Positions 46,389-55,914 of a stretch of DNA of 64,000 nt are shown here, one piece after another. Origin of the DNA: an uncultured virus (IMG/VR IMGVR_UViG_3300001041_000010) (lineage: Duplodnaviria > Heunggongvirae > Uroviricota > Caudoviricetes); IMG/VR virus record IMGVR_UViG_3300001041_000010; one strand, 5' to 3'. The notes under the pieces were generated by a model. That model had not been told where the DNA came from, searched no databases, and was given only the letters and a program-made list of their open reading frames with translations. Position 1 is the stretch's first letter. Every line of letters begins with the position of its first letter. Both the position numbers and the translations under genes were made by a program.

Positions 46389-47083
46389 TAGATCACCTCC
46401 TCTTCGAACTCTAGATTACAAAGCATCGAAGGGCCATAAGTATAACAAGTATGTTCTCCATCAACTTCAACAATATAAGATCCATCAGGATTTATACCTA
46501 TGACAGTCCCTTCTTTGCCGGATAGCCAATCGGCTTTAAACTCTGATAAGATATGCCCAAGTTCATCTTCGAAACCAATTGATATAGCACTTGCTAACGT
46601 TACTTTATTCGTAAGCTTGATCGCATATCTAGGATCTAACTGAGTATAAACGATCGTGTAAGTACCGGCTTCTCCACCTTTAGGTAATACATCACAAACA
46701 ACATTTGAGGCATTACCATCTAGTATCTTAACAATACGAACCGAATGAGGACGATATGTTGACAGTGTTAATTTCTTGGCTTCTTTGACGGCTTCCGTTT
46801 TAGATTCTATATCACGATTGACAAGTTTGAGTCCTTCATAAGACTCTTCAAGTTCTCCATTGAGATTTTTATTGATTTTGATTTCTTTGCATTGATAAAT
46901 ATAATGTCTTAAAATCCAATGACGAGAACCCTTTACGGGATGATCTTCTACGGTTACTCCATCAGCAGTTATAGGGGTAATTTTCTCCGATACACCTGCT
47001 ACTGTCAAGTCTGGATATAGGTTACTAAACTTACATTCCGCTTCATGTTCATTCCAAGCCTTGATATCCATAATATTATACAT
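46388..47083 (-). CDS. Hypothetical protein, paralogue of 45651-46388
   Basis: Same motif; SH3/KOW-like C-terminus. Confidence 0.65.
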   Translation of the reverse strand: MYNIMDIKAWNEHEAECKFSNLYPDLTVAGVSEKITPITADGVTVEDHPVKGSRHWILRHYIYQCKEIKINKNLNGELEESYEGLKLVNRDIESKTEAVKEAKKLTLSTYRPHSVRIVKILDGNASNVVCDVLPKGGEAGTYTIVYTQLDPRYAIKLTNKVTLASAISIGFEDELGHILSEFKADWLSGKEGTVIGINPDGSYIVEVDGEHTCYTYGPSMLCNLEFEEEVI

Positions 47084-47095
47084 AGATTTTCTCCT

Positions 47096-48322
47096 TTAAA
47101 TTGCAATACTTATTGCTGTGTTAAGCTTGTGGTTAATAAGATCTGCATAAGCGATTCGCTCTGCTTGATCTTGAACACAGCTTAATAAATCAAGCAAGGA
47201 TCGTAGAGCTCTGATTTTCTCTTGAAGTACAATGTTGTCTGGCGCTCCCCTTTCTATTGCGTCATAAAGCTGAACACAATAATTATTGATAGCAAACTGC
47301 ATCGCCGGTAATGAACTTTCTATCATATAATCCTTAGCTTCTGCTAAGTTCATACCGATGAGAAGTTCTCCTGGATCTTTAACACCAATTGTCCGAACGA
47401 CATCTACTTTAAATCCCAATTTAAATAAAGATGGTAGATGTTTAAGTGTTGCTTCTATTCCAGGTTTATCTGAGTCATACCATAAGTAGATAGAGTTCGT
47501 ATACTTTCTAAGCATTGCCATTTGTTCGTCTGTAAAACTTGTTCCACAGGTTCCGACCGTCATATCGAGTCCTACTTGATGAGAAAGTATGACATCAAAG
47601 TATCCCTCCATGACAATAGCAAACTTGTTTTTCCTTATGGATTGTCTTGCAAAGTTCAATCCAAATAGATACCATGTCTTATTATAAATAAGACTTGTTG
47701 GATCATTAAGATATTTTGGACTGTCGTCACTTAATGTACGATAGGCCATAGCAATCGTTGATGTCTGCTTTAACATCAAATCATGAAGACCAATCGCTAA
47801 CCTACCACGGATTTCCTCCCACTTAACATTGTCAGGAACGAGACCAAATCGCCACTTAGAAATACTAGCCGGTGTTAAACCACGATTTTGTAAGTACCGA
47901 ATAATCTTAGGATTCTTACGTAACTCTTCGTAATAGTCACGATTTCTATCGGTCTTATATTTCTTTAGAGATTCAATCTTAGGGTTAACTTTGTCTTCTG
48001 GAATAGGTATGTCAGCACGATTCATTAAGTATTCACAGGCTTCTTGAAATGAAAGATCCTTATGATACATAATAAACGCAATAACATCTGACCCAACGCC
48101 GCCATGTTTCTTATCAGCAATACTGCATCCGAAACAACTAAAGGTTTGTGTATCCTTATATACGACCATACTGGGTTCGCTGTCACGATGCTCTTTATTA
48201 AAGCACTTCATGCGATAGATATTTCCACCGGCATCTTCTAACTCAAAGCGCTCTTCTGCAAAGACATCAACTAGAGGATTTAATTCGCAGATTTCATTAC
48301 GTAATTCTGTACTGACGTGCAA
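47096..48322 (-). CDS. dnaG: DnaG-type DNA primase
   Basis: CHC2-type Zn finger (CF..H....PS...F.CFGC), PKYLN, TOPRIM EGYFD and YDSD..G. Confidence 0.9.
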   Translation of the reverse strand: MHVSTELRNEICELNPLVDVFAEERFELEDAGGNIYRMKCFNKEHRDSEPSMVVYKDTQTFSCFGCSIADKKHGGVGSDVIAFIMYHKDLSFQEACEYLMNRADIPIPEDKVNPKIESLKKYKTDRNRDYYEELRKNPKIIRYLQNRGLTPASISKWRFGLVPDNVKWEEIRGRLAIGLHDLMLKQTSTIAMAYRTLSDDSPKYLNDPTSLIYNKTWYLFGLNFARQSIRKNKFAIVMEGYFDVILSHQVGLDMTVGTCGTSFTDEQMAMLRKYTNSIYLWYDSDKPGIEATLKHLPSLFKLGFKVDVVRTIGVKDPGELLIGMNLAEAKDYMIESSLPAMQFAINNYCVQLYDAIERGAPDNIVLQEKIRALRSLLDLLSCVQDQAERIAYADLINHKLNTAISIAI

Positions 48323-48346
48323 CTTTCTAACCTCCTTTTAAAGTGA

Positions 48347-48382
48347 TATTCTCCTGCTCCCGAAGGGGAGAGCAGGAGAATA
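48347..48382. repeat. GC-rich hairpin, near-copy of 61226-61257
   Basis: tattctcctgctc...gagcaggagaata. Confidence 0.75.
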
Positions 48383-48389
48383 GAACGGA

Positions 48390-48602
48390 TTACTTAATGT
48401 CTTCGAATCTTATAAGATCAATAAGGTCATCTTCACTTATAATAGTCCAGACATCCGAGATGCCAAGACTTAAGTTTAGAACCTTATAAGACTCTCCAAT
48501 CTTTTCAATGATCTGAATTTGATCTCCGACACGTATATCAATCTTTTCAGGACAATTAGAATATTCTTTTTCAACGATATATATTTCATCAGGTGTAAAC
48601 AT
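48390..48602 (-). CDS. Small SH3-like protein
   Basis: IDIRVGDQIQIIEK...YKVLN. Confidence 0.45.
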   Translation of the reverse strand: MFTPDEIYIVEKEYSNCPEKIDIRVGDQIQIIEKIGESYKVLNLSLGISDVWTIISEDDLIDLIRFEDIK

Positions 48603-48618
48603 CTACTTATCTCCTTTA

Positions 48619-48999
48619 CTAACTGGCTCCACTTACAGCGGATTTTGGTTTAACCCAGCCACATTTTTCACAGATAAAAGCATATTGTGGCGTACCTTCA
48701 ACTTGATCCATCCACAGTTCGCCACCGCAATGACATAGATTATCCGCTTCAAAATACTTCATAGGATTATCCCAGGCTTCTTTCCAGCTAACTGAAATAT
48801 TTGGTTGATCACATACTGGACATACGACTACGTCACAAACATTTAGTTCAGTCACAATAACTGGAGGTAAATTCTTGATTAGTGAGAAAGTTATATCCAT
48901 TGTCATTGGTTGATAGTACTCGCCATTTCTTGAAGGCATACGCCTTGCTTGACCACAGCTAGGACATCTAAACATTCGAATCATCCTCCAGTGTTCCAT
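48619..48999 (-). CDS. Multi-zinc-ribbon protein
   Basis: CPSC, CPVC, CHCGG, CEKCG. Confidence 0.6.
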   Translation of the reverse strand: MEHWRMIRMFRCPSCGQARRMPSRNGEYYQPMTMDITFSLIKNLPPVIVTELNVCDVVVCPVCDQPNISVSWKEAWDNPMKYFEADNLCHCGGELWMDQVEGTPQYAFICEKCGWVKPKSAVSGAS

Positions 49000-49252
49000 A
49001 GATCATAGGCTCTAAGATCATAGGCTTATCTTTTTGTCTCCACCAAGAAATAATTTGAGCCATACTAAGGTCAACTAAAACTACAAGATAGTTTGCCGTA
49101 CGTATCTCTATATCTAATTGACTCTTAGTTGTCTTCCAGAATTTCTTGATGTACAAGTTATGGATAGCCGATGTCTTATAAATACTATCTGGTTTCTCAA
49201 CAGTTTCTTGAAGCTCAAGGAGTTCCTGCTCCTGAACTGACTCCTGAAACAA
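48968..49252 (-). CDS. Hypothetical protein
   Basis: TTG start after ggaggt. Confidence 0.45.
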   Translation of the reverse strand: MFQESVQEQELLELQETVEKPDSIYKTSAIHNLYIKKFWKTTKSQLDIEIRTANYLVVLVDLSMAQIISWWRQKDKPMILEPMIYGTLEDDSNV

Positions 49253-49898
49253 TCGATTTACCTCCTTTGAGTTCTACTTCAAAGAGATTATCCGCAGCGA
49301 CAGCCAAGTGGGGTTGATGTGTTACCATAACGATCTGACGTTTAAAATGCTGACTCATCTGTTTCAAGAAGACTGCAAGCTTAATCGCATAGTCTTCAGA
49401 AACGTGCTTTCCTGGCTCATCAAGCATCATAGGCCCATTCATCTTAGGGTCTGCATGAATTTGAAGGACAGCCCATCTGAGGGCGAGAGAAATGATATCA
49501 ACCACGCCACCACCACGACTGTCCTCAGGACGATTGCGAACCTCGATACCATCTTGAAGACTAACGACAAAGAAGTCGGCTTGTGGCTTACCACCGGACT
49601 CTCCAAGTTCAATCTCAAATCTGAAGTCCGAGGTAAAAATATACTGCAAGGCATTTGTAACGATCTCTTCGAGCTTAGTTTTGGCATAGTCACGAGCCGT
49701 AACACTGGTTTGTTGAAGTAAGATCCGTGCTTCTTCAAGACCTTTAAGTTCATATTGCTTTGAAGCAATCTCAAACGTTAACTCGGCCTTCTGTTGGATT
49801 AACTGATCACGCTGACCTTTACGAGAATCAAAGTGACTTTGTAGAGCGGTAAGGCGCTGCTTATACTCAGAAGCTGAGGGCATTGTTGTCATCTTCAA
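49215..49898 (-). CDS. Rad50/SbcC C-terminal half (signature, Walker B, H-loop)
   Basis: SRGGG, MLDEP, VTH; N-terminal coiled coil. Confidence 0.85.
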   Translation of the reverse strand: MKMTTMPSASEYKQRLTALQSHFDSRKGQRDQLIQQKAELTFEIASKQYELKGLEEARILLQQTSVTARDYAKTKLEEIVTNALQYIFTSDFRFEIELGESGGKPQADFFVVSLQDGIEVRNRPEDSRGGGVVDIISLALRWAVLQIHADPKMNGPMMLDEPGKHVSEDYAIKLAVFLKQMSQHFKRQIVMVTHQPHLAVAADNLFEVELKGGKSIVSGVSSGAGTP

Positions 49899-50139
49899 TC
49901 AGCTCCTCGTCCGGCAAGAAGCCGTCGATCTGTTGAATCAATTCATCAAGCTTTGCTTTATCAGCAGCAATCGCTTCATCAATCTGATCGGGATCAACAC
50001 CTTTTTTATCGCACTCTGCTAAGAGTTCCGTACGACGTTGGTTTAATGATTCTAACTTAGTCTCACAACGAATCATAGAGTTTTGAGCATCCTGGGATCG
50101 CTTGCTGATTTCTTTTAACTTAATTTCATAGTTTTCCAC
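49867..50139 (-). CDS. Coiled-coil protein of the split SbcCD cluster
   Basis: Heptads; GVDP..I. Confidence 0.6.
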   Translation of the reverse strand: MENYEIKLKEISKRSQDAQNSMIRCETKLESLNQRRTELLAECDKKGVDPDQIDEAIAADKAKLDELIQQIDGFLPDEELIEDDNNALSF

Positions 50140-50422
50140 GGCGTTTCATCTCCTCAAATCCTATTTTAAGTGCTTCTTTAACAATCTTAAGAGCATAGTC
50201 TTGCTCTACTTTGTCAAAAATCTTGTGTATTTGCGTACGTTGATGCGTGAGCTTATAGATGTTTCGTCTCTTGTCTTCGTCTTCGAGAACAACATACTCG
50301 TGTCCATCATCATCCGGTATACAAGCTAAAACCTTAAAGCGATAAGGATTACCATCTTCGCCAATCGTATTTAAATACCAAGGATTATCGCCATCTCCTA
50401 GATGAATTTCATCGTATTTCAC
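50126..50422 (-). CDS. DUF1292-like hypothetical protein
   Basis: EDG....F.V.......EYVVL. Confidence 0.4.
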   Translation of the reverse strand: MKYDEIHLGDGDNPWYLNTIGEDGNPYRFKVLACIPDDDGHEYVVLEDEDKRRNIYKLTHQRTQIHKIFDKVEQDYALKIVKEALKIGFEEMKRRGKL

Positions 50423-50424
50423 AA

Positions 50425-52743
50425 TTAAGATCTCCTTCCTGAGATGCCAGCCAAGACCCGATCCGTGATTATACTATGGCACGTAGGACATTCACCAGCT
50501 TCAAGTAGCATTGCCTTATAATCTGTTAAGCTTTGATCATAAAGCTCAGTTTGTTGATCAAGTTTAGATTCCTCGGACTTAATCATTTGCTTATTCACAT
50601 GAACGGCATCATTAAGACTTTCAAGATCTTTCAAGCGATCAATTAACTGTTTGATCTCTGGTATTCTTGAGCTTAACATAGCGTCTTCGGACTTAGCAAG
50701 TTTTAAATCATTAGCTAAAGTAAAGATTCCAAACTGAACTGTACCTAAATTACGTTGAATTAACTCTAGTTCATTTAAGTGCTTAAGAACTTCGATACCT
50801 TCTTGGATCTTGGCGGCATCATACTTAGGAATCATCTTCATCTCGGATTCAATCGAGATATGTTCCTCTGTATTTTTACTAAGCTTTGATTTAAGATCTT
50901 GCATCGTTTCAAGATGAATTAGAGTAGTCTCGGCTTCCCTAATAAGCACAGGGGTTTTCTTAACATGAGCATAATGACTGTAAATTGTCGCAAGTTCCAA
51001 GGTCTTTGTGCGAACAGTTGATATGTCCTTTTGTAAGAGTTCAAAATCTTGTACACGTTTTTCAAGCATATCAAGACCTGTTAAGATTAAATTAGACATG
51101 TTAATCCGTGATTCAAGCTCTGTTAAATCTTCAAATCCCTTGAGCTTTTCCTCAACAGATTCTAATTGCTTCTCTTGACTCTTAACATAACTGTTACCAT
51201 TGATAATCTCACGTCCAATGTCACGAATCGCTGCATCAACTATATGAACACCTGTAAGCCGTCCAATGGCTGTCGCCCGTACTCCTGCTGTTTCTGATAA
51301 CAGGAAAGGGCCTTCGAGTTGGGTTGCGAGATTGAGACTGATCTCAAGGTCTTTGGTAAGTCGGGTCTTAGGCATTTGATGAGCATTGAAAACTTCGACA
51401 GGTACGTTGTTTGCAAATCCTTTGTAGTCTGTAACGGCTCCTTGGACGGGATCATAAATTGAATAGCTCCCTGCTCCTGATGAAGTTCTTTCTCTCGTGA
51501 TCTTAGTTCCATCTGAAAACTCCAGGGTAACTGAGCATTTCTTTGTTCCTGTCCTAATGAAGTCGGATCCTTTCGGGTCGTTATAAAGTACCCATCGAAT
51601 TGCTCTGAAGATGGCTGTCTTTCCACAGTCGCTCGATCCAGTGAAGGCATTGAGGCCACTTCCTAGATCAACCTCAGTATGAGCATGAGATTGAAAGTTA
51701 TTTAAGATCACTCTTGTGATCGATAATGTCCCAGTCTTTTCAACATATCCCGATACAGAACTAACAGAGACTTCTGCTGATTCGGCTTGAGCCATAGCAT
51801 CTAATGCCTTAAGTTGAATTAGCGAATCAATACCGGCTTGTGTTGCAATGTTTCGTAGAATACCTTGAATGTCACAAGCTACAGTCGTTGTCGTATCAAT
51901 GCTAGTTTTAAAGTTTGTGAGTGATGCATCCTTAGCTTTCTTATCAAGCAATGCCTGTCGATTAATAACCTCGGTTCCAGGCTTAGCCGTTACGAATTCA
52001 CGTATGTCAAGGCTGAACTTATGTTGGGAAGGATCAACATCTAGTACTAGATATCTAGGAGCATCTAGGTGATAGTTTCCATCACTGGCCTCATCTCGTG
52101 CCATTGCTTTAGGATTCGCAACCATAGTATCGCCGTGCTGTATAGTCGCAAACCCTGGATGATAGTGAGCGCCTAAGATAAGATCCGGCCCGCCATGCAG
52201 CGGTAAGTCTCCGATCAATGTAAAGGCTCCAAAGAACGGTTTTGGTATTAACATCCCGTGAGGTATTAAAACACGTACTTGAGCTTTAGACGTAACGTAA
52301 TAATCATCTTCCGGTTTTCCCTGATCAATGTCTTTATGAAACTCTTGACCTTCAAAGGATACTTCACAGCCGTTCTTATCCATAAAGAACTCAGGGCCAC
52401 TGGCCCTGGTTAATAGCTTAATAACACCATGTTTAGCCAGCACGCCCAGTGAAGTCTGGTCAACGGTACTTAAACTATATCCAAAGAGATCATGATTACC
52501 CGGTACAACATAGACTGGACAATGATATTTCTTAAAGATCTCGCCGATCTCACCTAAGAATTTATTACTGGTCTTAGGTCCATCGAATAAGTCTCCACCA
52601 ATAAAGATAGCCTCAGCATTTTCAGCACGGGCAACTTCACCAAGTTCAAAGAACTTTGCTTTCATAGCAGTAGGGAAGTTATCAAGTCGACAACCAGGAT
52701 TTGATGCTTTTAACTGAGCGTCTGTTGCATAGATAAATTTCAT
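50425..52743 (-). CDS. Mre11/SbcD nuclease fused to Rad50/SbcC N-terminal half with zinc hook
   Basis: GGDLFD, GNHD, GAHYH; then NNFQSH, Walker A GSSDCGKT, coiled coil, CPTC. Confidence 0.88.
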   Translation of the reverse strand: MKFIYATDAQLKASNPGCRLDNFPTAMKAKFFELGEVARAENAEAIFIGGDLFDGPKTSNKFLGEIGEIFKKYHCPVYVVPGNHDLFGYSLSTVDQTSLGVLAKHGVIKLLTRASGPEFFMDKNGCEVSFEGQEFHKDIDQGKPEDDYYVTSKAQVRVLIPHGMLIPKPFFGAFTLIGDLPLHGGPDLILGAHYHPGFATIQHGDTMVANPKAMARDEASDGNYHLDAPRYLVLDVDPSQHKFSLDIREFVTAKPGTEVINRQALLDKKAKDASLTNFKTSIDTTTTVACDIQGILRNIATQAGIDSLIQLKALDAMAQAESAEVSVSSVSGYVEKTGTLSITRVILNNFQSHAHTEVDLGSGLNAFTGSSDCGKTAIFRAIRWVLYNDPKGSDFIRTGTKKCSVTLEFSDGTKITRERTSSGAGSYSIYDPVQGAVTDYKGFANNVPVEVFNAHQMPKTRLTKDLEISLNLATQLEGPFLLSETAGVRATAIGRLTGVHIVDAAIRDIGREIINGNSYVKSQEKQLESVEEKLKGFEDLTELESRINMSNLILTGLDMLEKRVQDFELLQKDISTVRTKTLELATIYSHYAHVKKTPVLIREAETTLIHLETMQDLKSKLSKNTEEHISIESEMKMIPKYDAAKIQEGIEVLKHLNELELIQRNLGTVQFGIFTLANDLKLAKSEDAMLSSRIPEIKQLIDRLKDLESLNDAVHVNKQMIKSEESKLDQQTELYDQSLTDYKAMLLEAGECPTCHSIITDRVLAGISGRRS

Positions 52744-52891
52744 AGTTCATCTCCTTTCTTCTTATTAAAGAGTCTGCTTAATGGGTTAGAATGAACCTCC
52801 ATGATATTTCCCACTTTAATCGTAATACCATGCCACATGATACATCCAAGGATCGCTATCCATATGGCATATATTAACCATTCAAGCCATT

Positions 52892-53182
52892 TCATGTCTT
52901 AAACCTCTCTTTTAAATACTCTTTAGCAGCTTCGAGGCCACGTTTATCTGCGGGCCGCTCCCACCACTCGTGGAAAACAGTGTGAGTTTTAATATCGTAA
53001 CCTAAAACATAATGAGTATAATGATAAACTAATAGCAAGTGATCCAAAACAATCATAGCTTTCCACTTGCTATTAGGTAGTGGTTTAAGTTCCAGAAAAA
53101 CTCGATCTAAACACACGTCCATCTGCTTCACAGGAATAATCCACCACCCGTACTTGTTTTTCTTTATTTGATTGATAGGCAA
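52892..53182 (-). CDS. Hypothetical protein
   Basis: Overlaps phosphatase end; start uncertain. Confidence 0.4.
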   Translation of the reverse strand: MPINQIKKNKYGWWIIPVKQMDVCLDRVFLELKPLPNSKWKAMIVLDHLLLVYHYTHYVLGYDIKTHTVFHEWWERPADKRGLEAAKEYLKERFKT

Positions 53183-53825
53183 TATTATTTGTTACATCAT
53201 AAAGTGTTTGCCAACCGTCGCGAGCACAACAACCGGTATCAATCATGATTAACTTGTCACCGATATAAACTTCACCCTTTTTCTTACCAACATAATTTGT
53301 TGGTGTATGGCCAACGATAATCGTTTGATCAAAACCATGAGATACTTCCCACCAGCCCATCGTTTGAGCAGGATTAATATAGCGAGTCCATAAGAGATCA
53401 TCATTCTTTTGCTCGTTAATTAAAACATCCGGAATAACACCAGCATGAACAAAGATATGATTATCAGTTCGAGCATAAGGACTAAGTCTACCTAAGAATT
53501 CAAGATGTTCTTCTGGAAATTCAGCACTCCAACGAGCATAGGATTCTAGCGTTGTATTACCGCCGTTATAACAATAAGAAGCATAATCATATTGACCAGC
53601 TAAATAGCCAATTAACATAGCCTCATGGTTACCCATTAGGGCAATTGCTCCTTCGGAACAAAGTTTCATAACATAATCTACAGTTTTAGCAGAGTTGGGT
53701 CCACGATCGATGTAATCACCGAGTAAGATAAGTTGATCTACCTTAGGGTCATAATTAGCCTTAGCTAAGGCTCGTTCTAGCGGTTTAAAGTATCCATGTA
53801 AATCACTTGCTGTTAATACTCGCAC
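53085..53825 (-). CDS. Ser/Thr protein phosphatase (PPP-like metallophosphoesterase)
   Basis: DLHG, GDYIDRG, GNHE, VHAG, VGHT, IDTG. Confidence 0.88.
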   Translation of the reverse strand: MRVLTASDLHGYFKPLERALAKANYDPKVDQLILLGDYIDRGPNSAKTVDYVMKLCSEGAIALMGNHEAMLIGYLAGQYDYASYCYNGGNTTLESYARWSAEFPEEHLEFLGRLSPYARTDNHIFVHAGVIPDVLINEQKNDDLLWTRYINPAQTMGWWEVSHGFDQTIIVGHTPTNYVGKKKGEVYIGDKLIMIDTGCCARDGWQTLYDVTNNIAYQSNKEKQVRVVDYSCEADGRVFRSSFSGT

Positions 53826-53845
53826 GGTATCACCTCCATTACCTA

Positions 53846-53874
53846 TAGTATACCATATTGTAACGCAATTATAC
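53846..53874 (-). promoter_or_regulatory. Promoter (sigF/G-type or extended -10)
   Basis: GTATA-N14-TGGTATACTA. Confidence 0.5.
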
Positions 53875-53912
53875 AGATAACCCGTGCTTAATTAAGCACG
53901 GGTTATCTGTAT
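53871..53912. repeat. Perfect 42-bp palindrome
   Basis: atacagataacccgtgcttaa|ttaagcacgggttatctgtat. Confidence 0.95.
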
Positions 53913-54364
53913 TAAGTAAGTCCTGTTGACATGAAGCCATGAGAACCACGGTCAGTTTCTTCGTGACGATTAACCAATCGAAAATCCAAAGAGGCACAAG
54001 GCATGACAATCATTTGCGCTATACGATCGCCTCGACGAATTTTCTTAGGCCAGAAACTAAGGTTCATCGTAATGGCATGGATCACTCCAATATAACCCGA
54101 GTCTACGGTTCCTGGAATCGTTAAGATTCCATTAACACTTAATCCACTACGTCCCGTAATACGTGCAAAGAATCCTTGAGGTATACTAATCTGAGCGTTG
54201 ACGGGTATCTTTACAACCTTAAAGGGCCATAGGATTATATCCTTAGTTGAGCACAAATCATAACCGGCATCATGTCCAGGATGTTTACAGCGTGGCTCAC
54301 TGATTGTTGTATCAGGAAGCACTATAGGTACTGTTAGTTTATGCATTTGAACCAACCCTATCAA
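53912..54364 (-). CDS. dut: Trimeric dUTPase
   Basis: AGYDL, GRSGL, GTVDSGY.G, RIAQ, RG..GF.STG. Confidence 0.9.
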   Translation of the reverse strand: MIGLVQMHKLTVPIVLPDTTISEPRCKHPGHDAGYDLCSTKDIILWPFKVVKIPVNAQISIPQGFFARITGRSGLSVNGILTIPGTVDSGYIGVIHAITMNLSFWPKKIRRGDRIAQMIVMPCASLDFRLVNRHEETDRGSHGFMSTGLT

Positions 54365-54674
54365 TTAAGATTTTCCAATCAGTGGTTAATGATTTAGTGA
54401 TCTCAATGGTATTAAATTTATCGCCCGCCTCGATGCCGTCAGCAATTTCTTCAAGGGTCTCAGAAGTACTTAAGCGAACTTCTCTACTGTCTTCGGTTAA
54501 TTGACTTTCAGAAAACGTAGTGTATTCGGCATAGAGTTTAGTTTTCTTATTACCCTTGCGTAATTCTAAATGAAAGGTTTTAATACGTCCTTCTAGAATG
54601 GTCTGAGCAAGTTCTCTTAAGTCTCCGACATTAACATTGTTCTTAACTATTTTAAACACCTCCTTAAAGTACAA
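54339..54674 (-). CDS. Hypothetical protein
   Basis: Tight packing; internal aggaggtg suggests a later start. Confidence 0.45.
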   Translation of the reverse strand: MYFKEVFKIVKNNVNVGDLRELAQTILEGRIKTFHLELRKGNKKTKLYAEYTTFSESQLTEDSREVRLSTSETLEEIADGIEAGDKFNTIEITKSLTTDWKILIDRVGSNA

Positions 54675-54699
54675 ACTTGGGAAGCTTACGTGACATAAC

Positions 54700-55272
54700 T
54701 TATTCCTTATCGAAGACCGTTACAGTTAGTTTCTTGCGACCCCATCGAACACTATCATCGTAACTTCCCATAAACAAATCAATAATGTGACCATGAATTG
54801 CACCTCCGGTATCTTCTGCAATTCCATAACCATAGCCTGGAACATAAATCTTAGATCCTAAAGGTATTATCTTAGGATCTACAGCAATTGTTCCAACCTT
54901 AGGCCACACTCCGGTACATGTTCTACCGCCAGTCCAAGAATAGGCTACGGTATCTAATGTTATCTTATACTGACGTCCTTTGGGTTCACTGCGAGATGGT
55001 GTCGCTTGATGCTTTTTTAGCTCTGCGATGTCCGATCGCTGCTCAGCTATAATCTTTTCTTGCTTGGTCATTTCAGTCGTAACCAAATCTAATGTGTCCG
55101 TAGAATCCTTAAGACTCTTATTTAATGATTGGATCGTAGTTTGTTGTTCACTTATAAGTTTATTTGTATTTCCGACATAGTCATAGGCCGGAATAGCGAT
55201 GGACGCTAGGATCATAAATCCTCCCAGCGCCACTGCTATTGGTTTTCTGCTAGATCGTTTAATAATGTTCAC
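54700..55272 (-). CDS. Secreted/anchored 3D-domain cell-wall protein
   Basis: Signal/TM, coiled coil, T.AY, IAVDP.IIPLGS, AEDTGGAI.G..IDLF. Confidence 0.88.
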   Translation of the reverse strand: MNIIKRSSRKPIAVALGGFMILASIAIPAYDYVGNTNKLISEQQTTIQSLNKSLKDSTDTLDLVTTEMTKQEKIIAEQRSDIAELKKHQATPSRSEPKGRQYKITLDTVAYSWTGGRTCTGVWPKVGTIAVDPKIIPLGSKIYVPGYGYGIAEDTGGAIHGHIIDLFMGSYDDSVRWGRKKLTVTVFDKE

Positions 55273-55857
55273 CTACTCGTTATCTTCTGTGTAAGCATCC
55301 AATGTCTTGATCATGAGACTTGCTTCTGACTTTGTTAACTCGGCACTCTTAACTTTGCCGGTTAGCGCAGTCATCTGTTCTCTCATCCAATCTTTAGATA
55401 CTTTCTTTTGCTTCATTAAGACAGCAATCTTATTGACTTGTGCATCCGTAATTAAGTCTTCATTTTTAGCATACGGATCTTCGACCTCGTCAATCAGGAG
55501 CATATCAATACCTAACATGTCACGTAAGGCTCTCCCCTTAGCTCGTGTCTCTGCTACTCGACACTTATGCTTAGCTACTTTAGCGCCGACATTAACGCTA
55601 TCAGCATCTCCTAGAGCTGACCATTCATTGCCGTTTTTATCAACGGCTGTAGCAACAACAATAATTAGCCCGCCGTTATCTTTGCCTGGAGTCTCTACGA
55701 CTAGAGGTTGTTTAAAGCCTTTAAAGCCTTCTGCATGAGCTAATGTGATAAGTCCTCCATAGATGATATAGTCTTTACCTTGGATGTTCTTGACAAATTC
55801 CGCTTTGAATTCATCGGATAACTCGCGCTTCTTAGCTGGAGCCTGAACGTCACTCAT
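55273..55857 (-). CDS. Second Rad52-like/annealing-type protein
   Basis: IQGKDY..Y.GL..LAH, GDA...NV, RVAETRAKGRALRD.LGI. Confidence 0.5.
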   Translation of the reverse strand: MSDVQAPAKKRELSDEFKAEFVKNIQGKDYIIYGGLITLAHAEGFKGFKQPLVVETPGKDNGGLIIVVATAVDKNGNEWSALGDADSVNVGAKVAKHKCRVAETRAKGRALRDMLGIDMLLIDEVEDPYAKNEDLITDAQVNKIAVLMKQKKVSKDWMREQMTALTGKVKSAELTKSEASLMIKTLDAYTEDNE

Positions 55858-55882
55858 ATTAATTCCTCCTTGCATTACCTAT

Positions 55883-55911
55883 ATTATAACATAATGTAAC
55901 ACACTTGTCTA
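55883..55911 (-). promoter_or_regulatory. sigA-type promoter
   Basis: TAGACA-N17-TATAAT with extended TG. Confidence 0.7.
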
Positions 55912-55914
55912 AAC

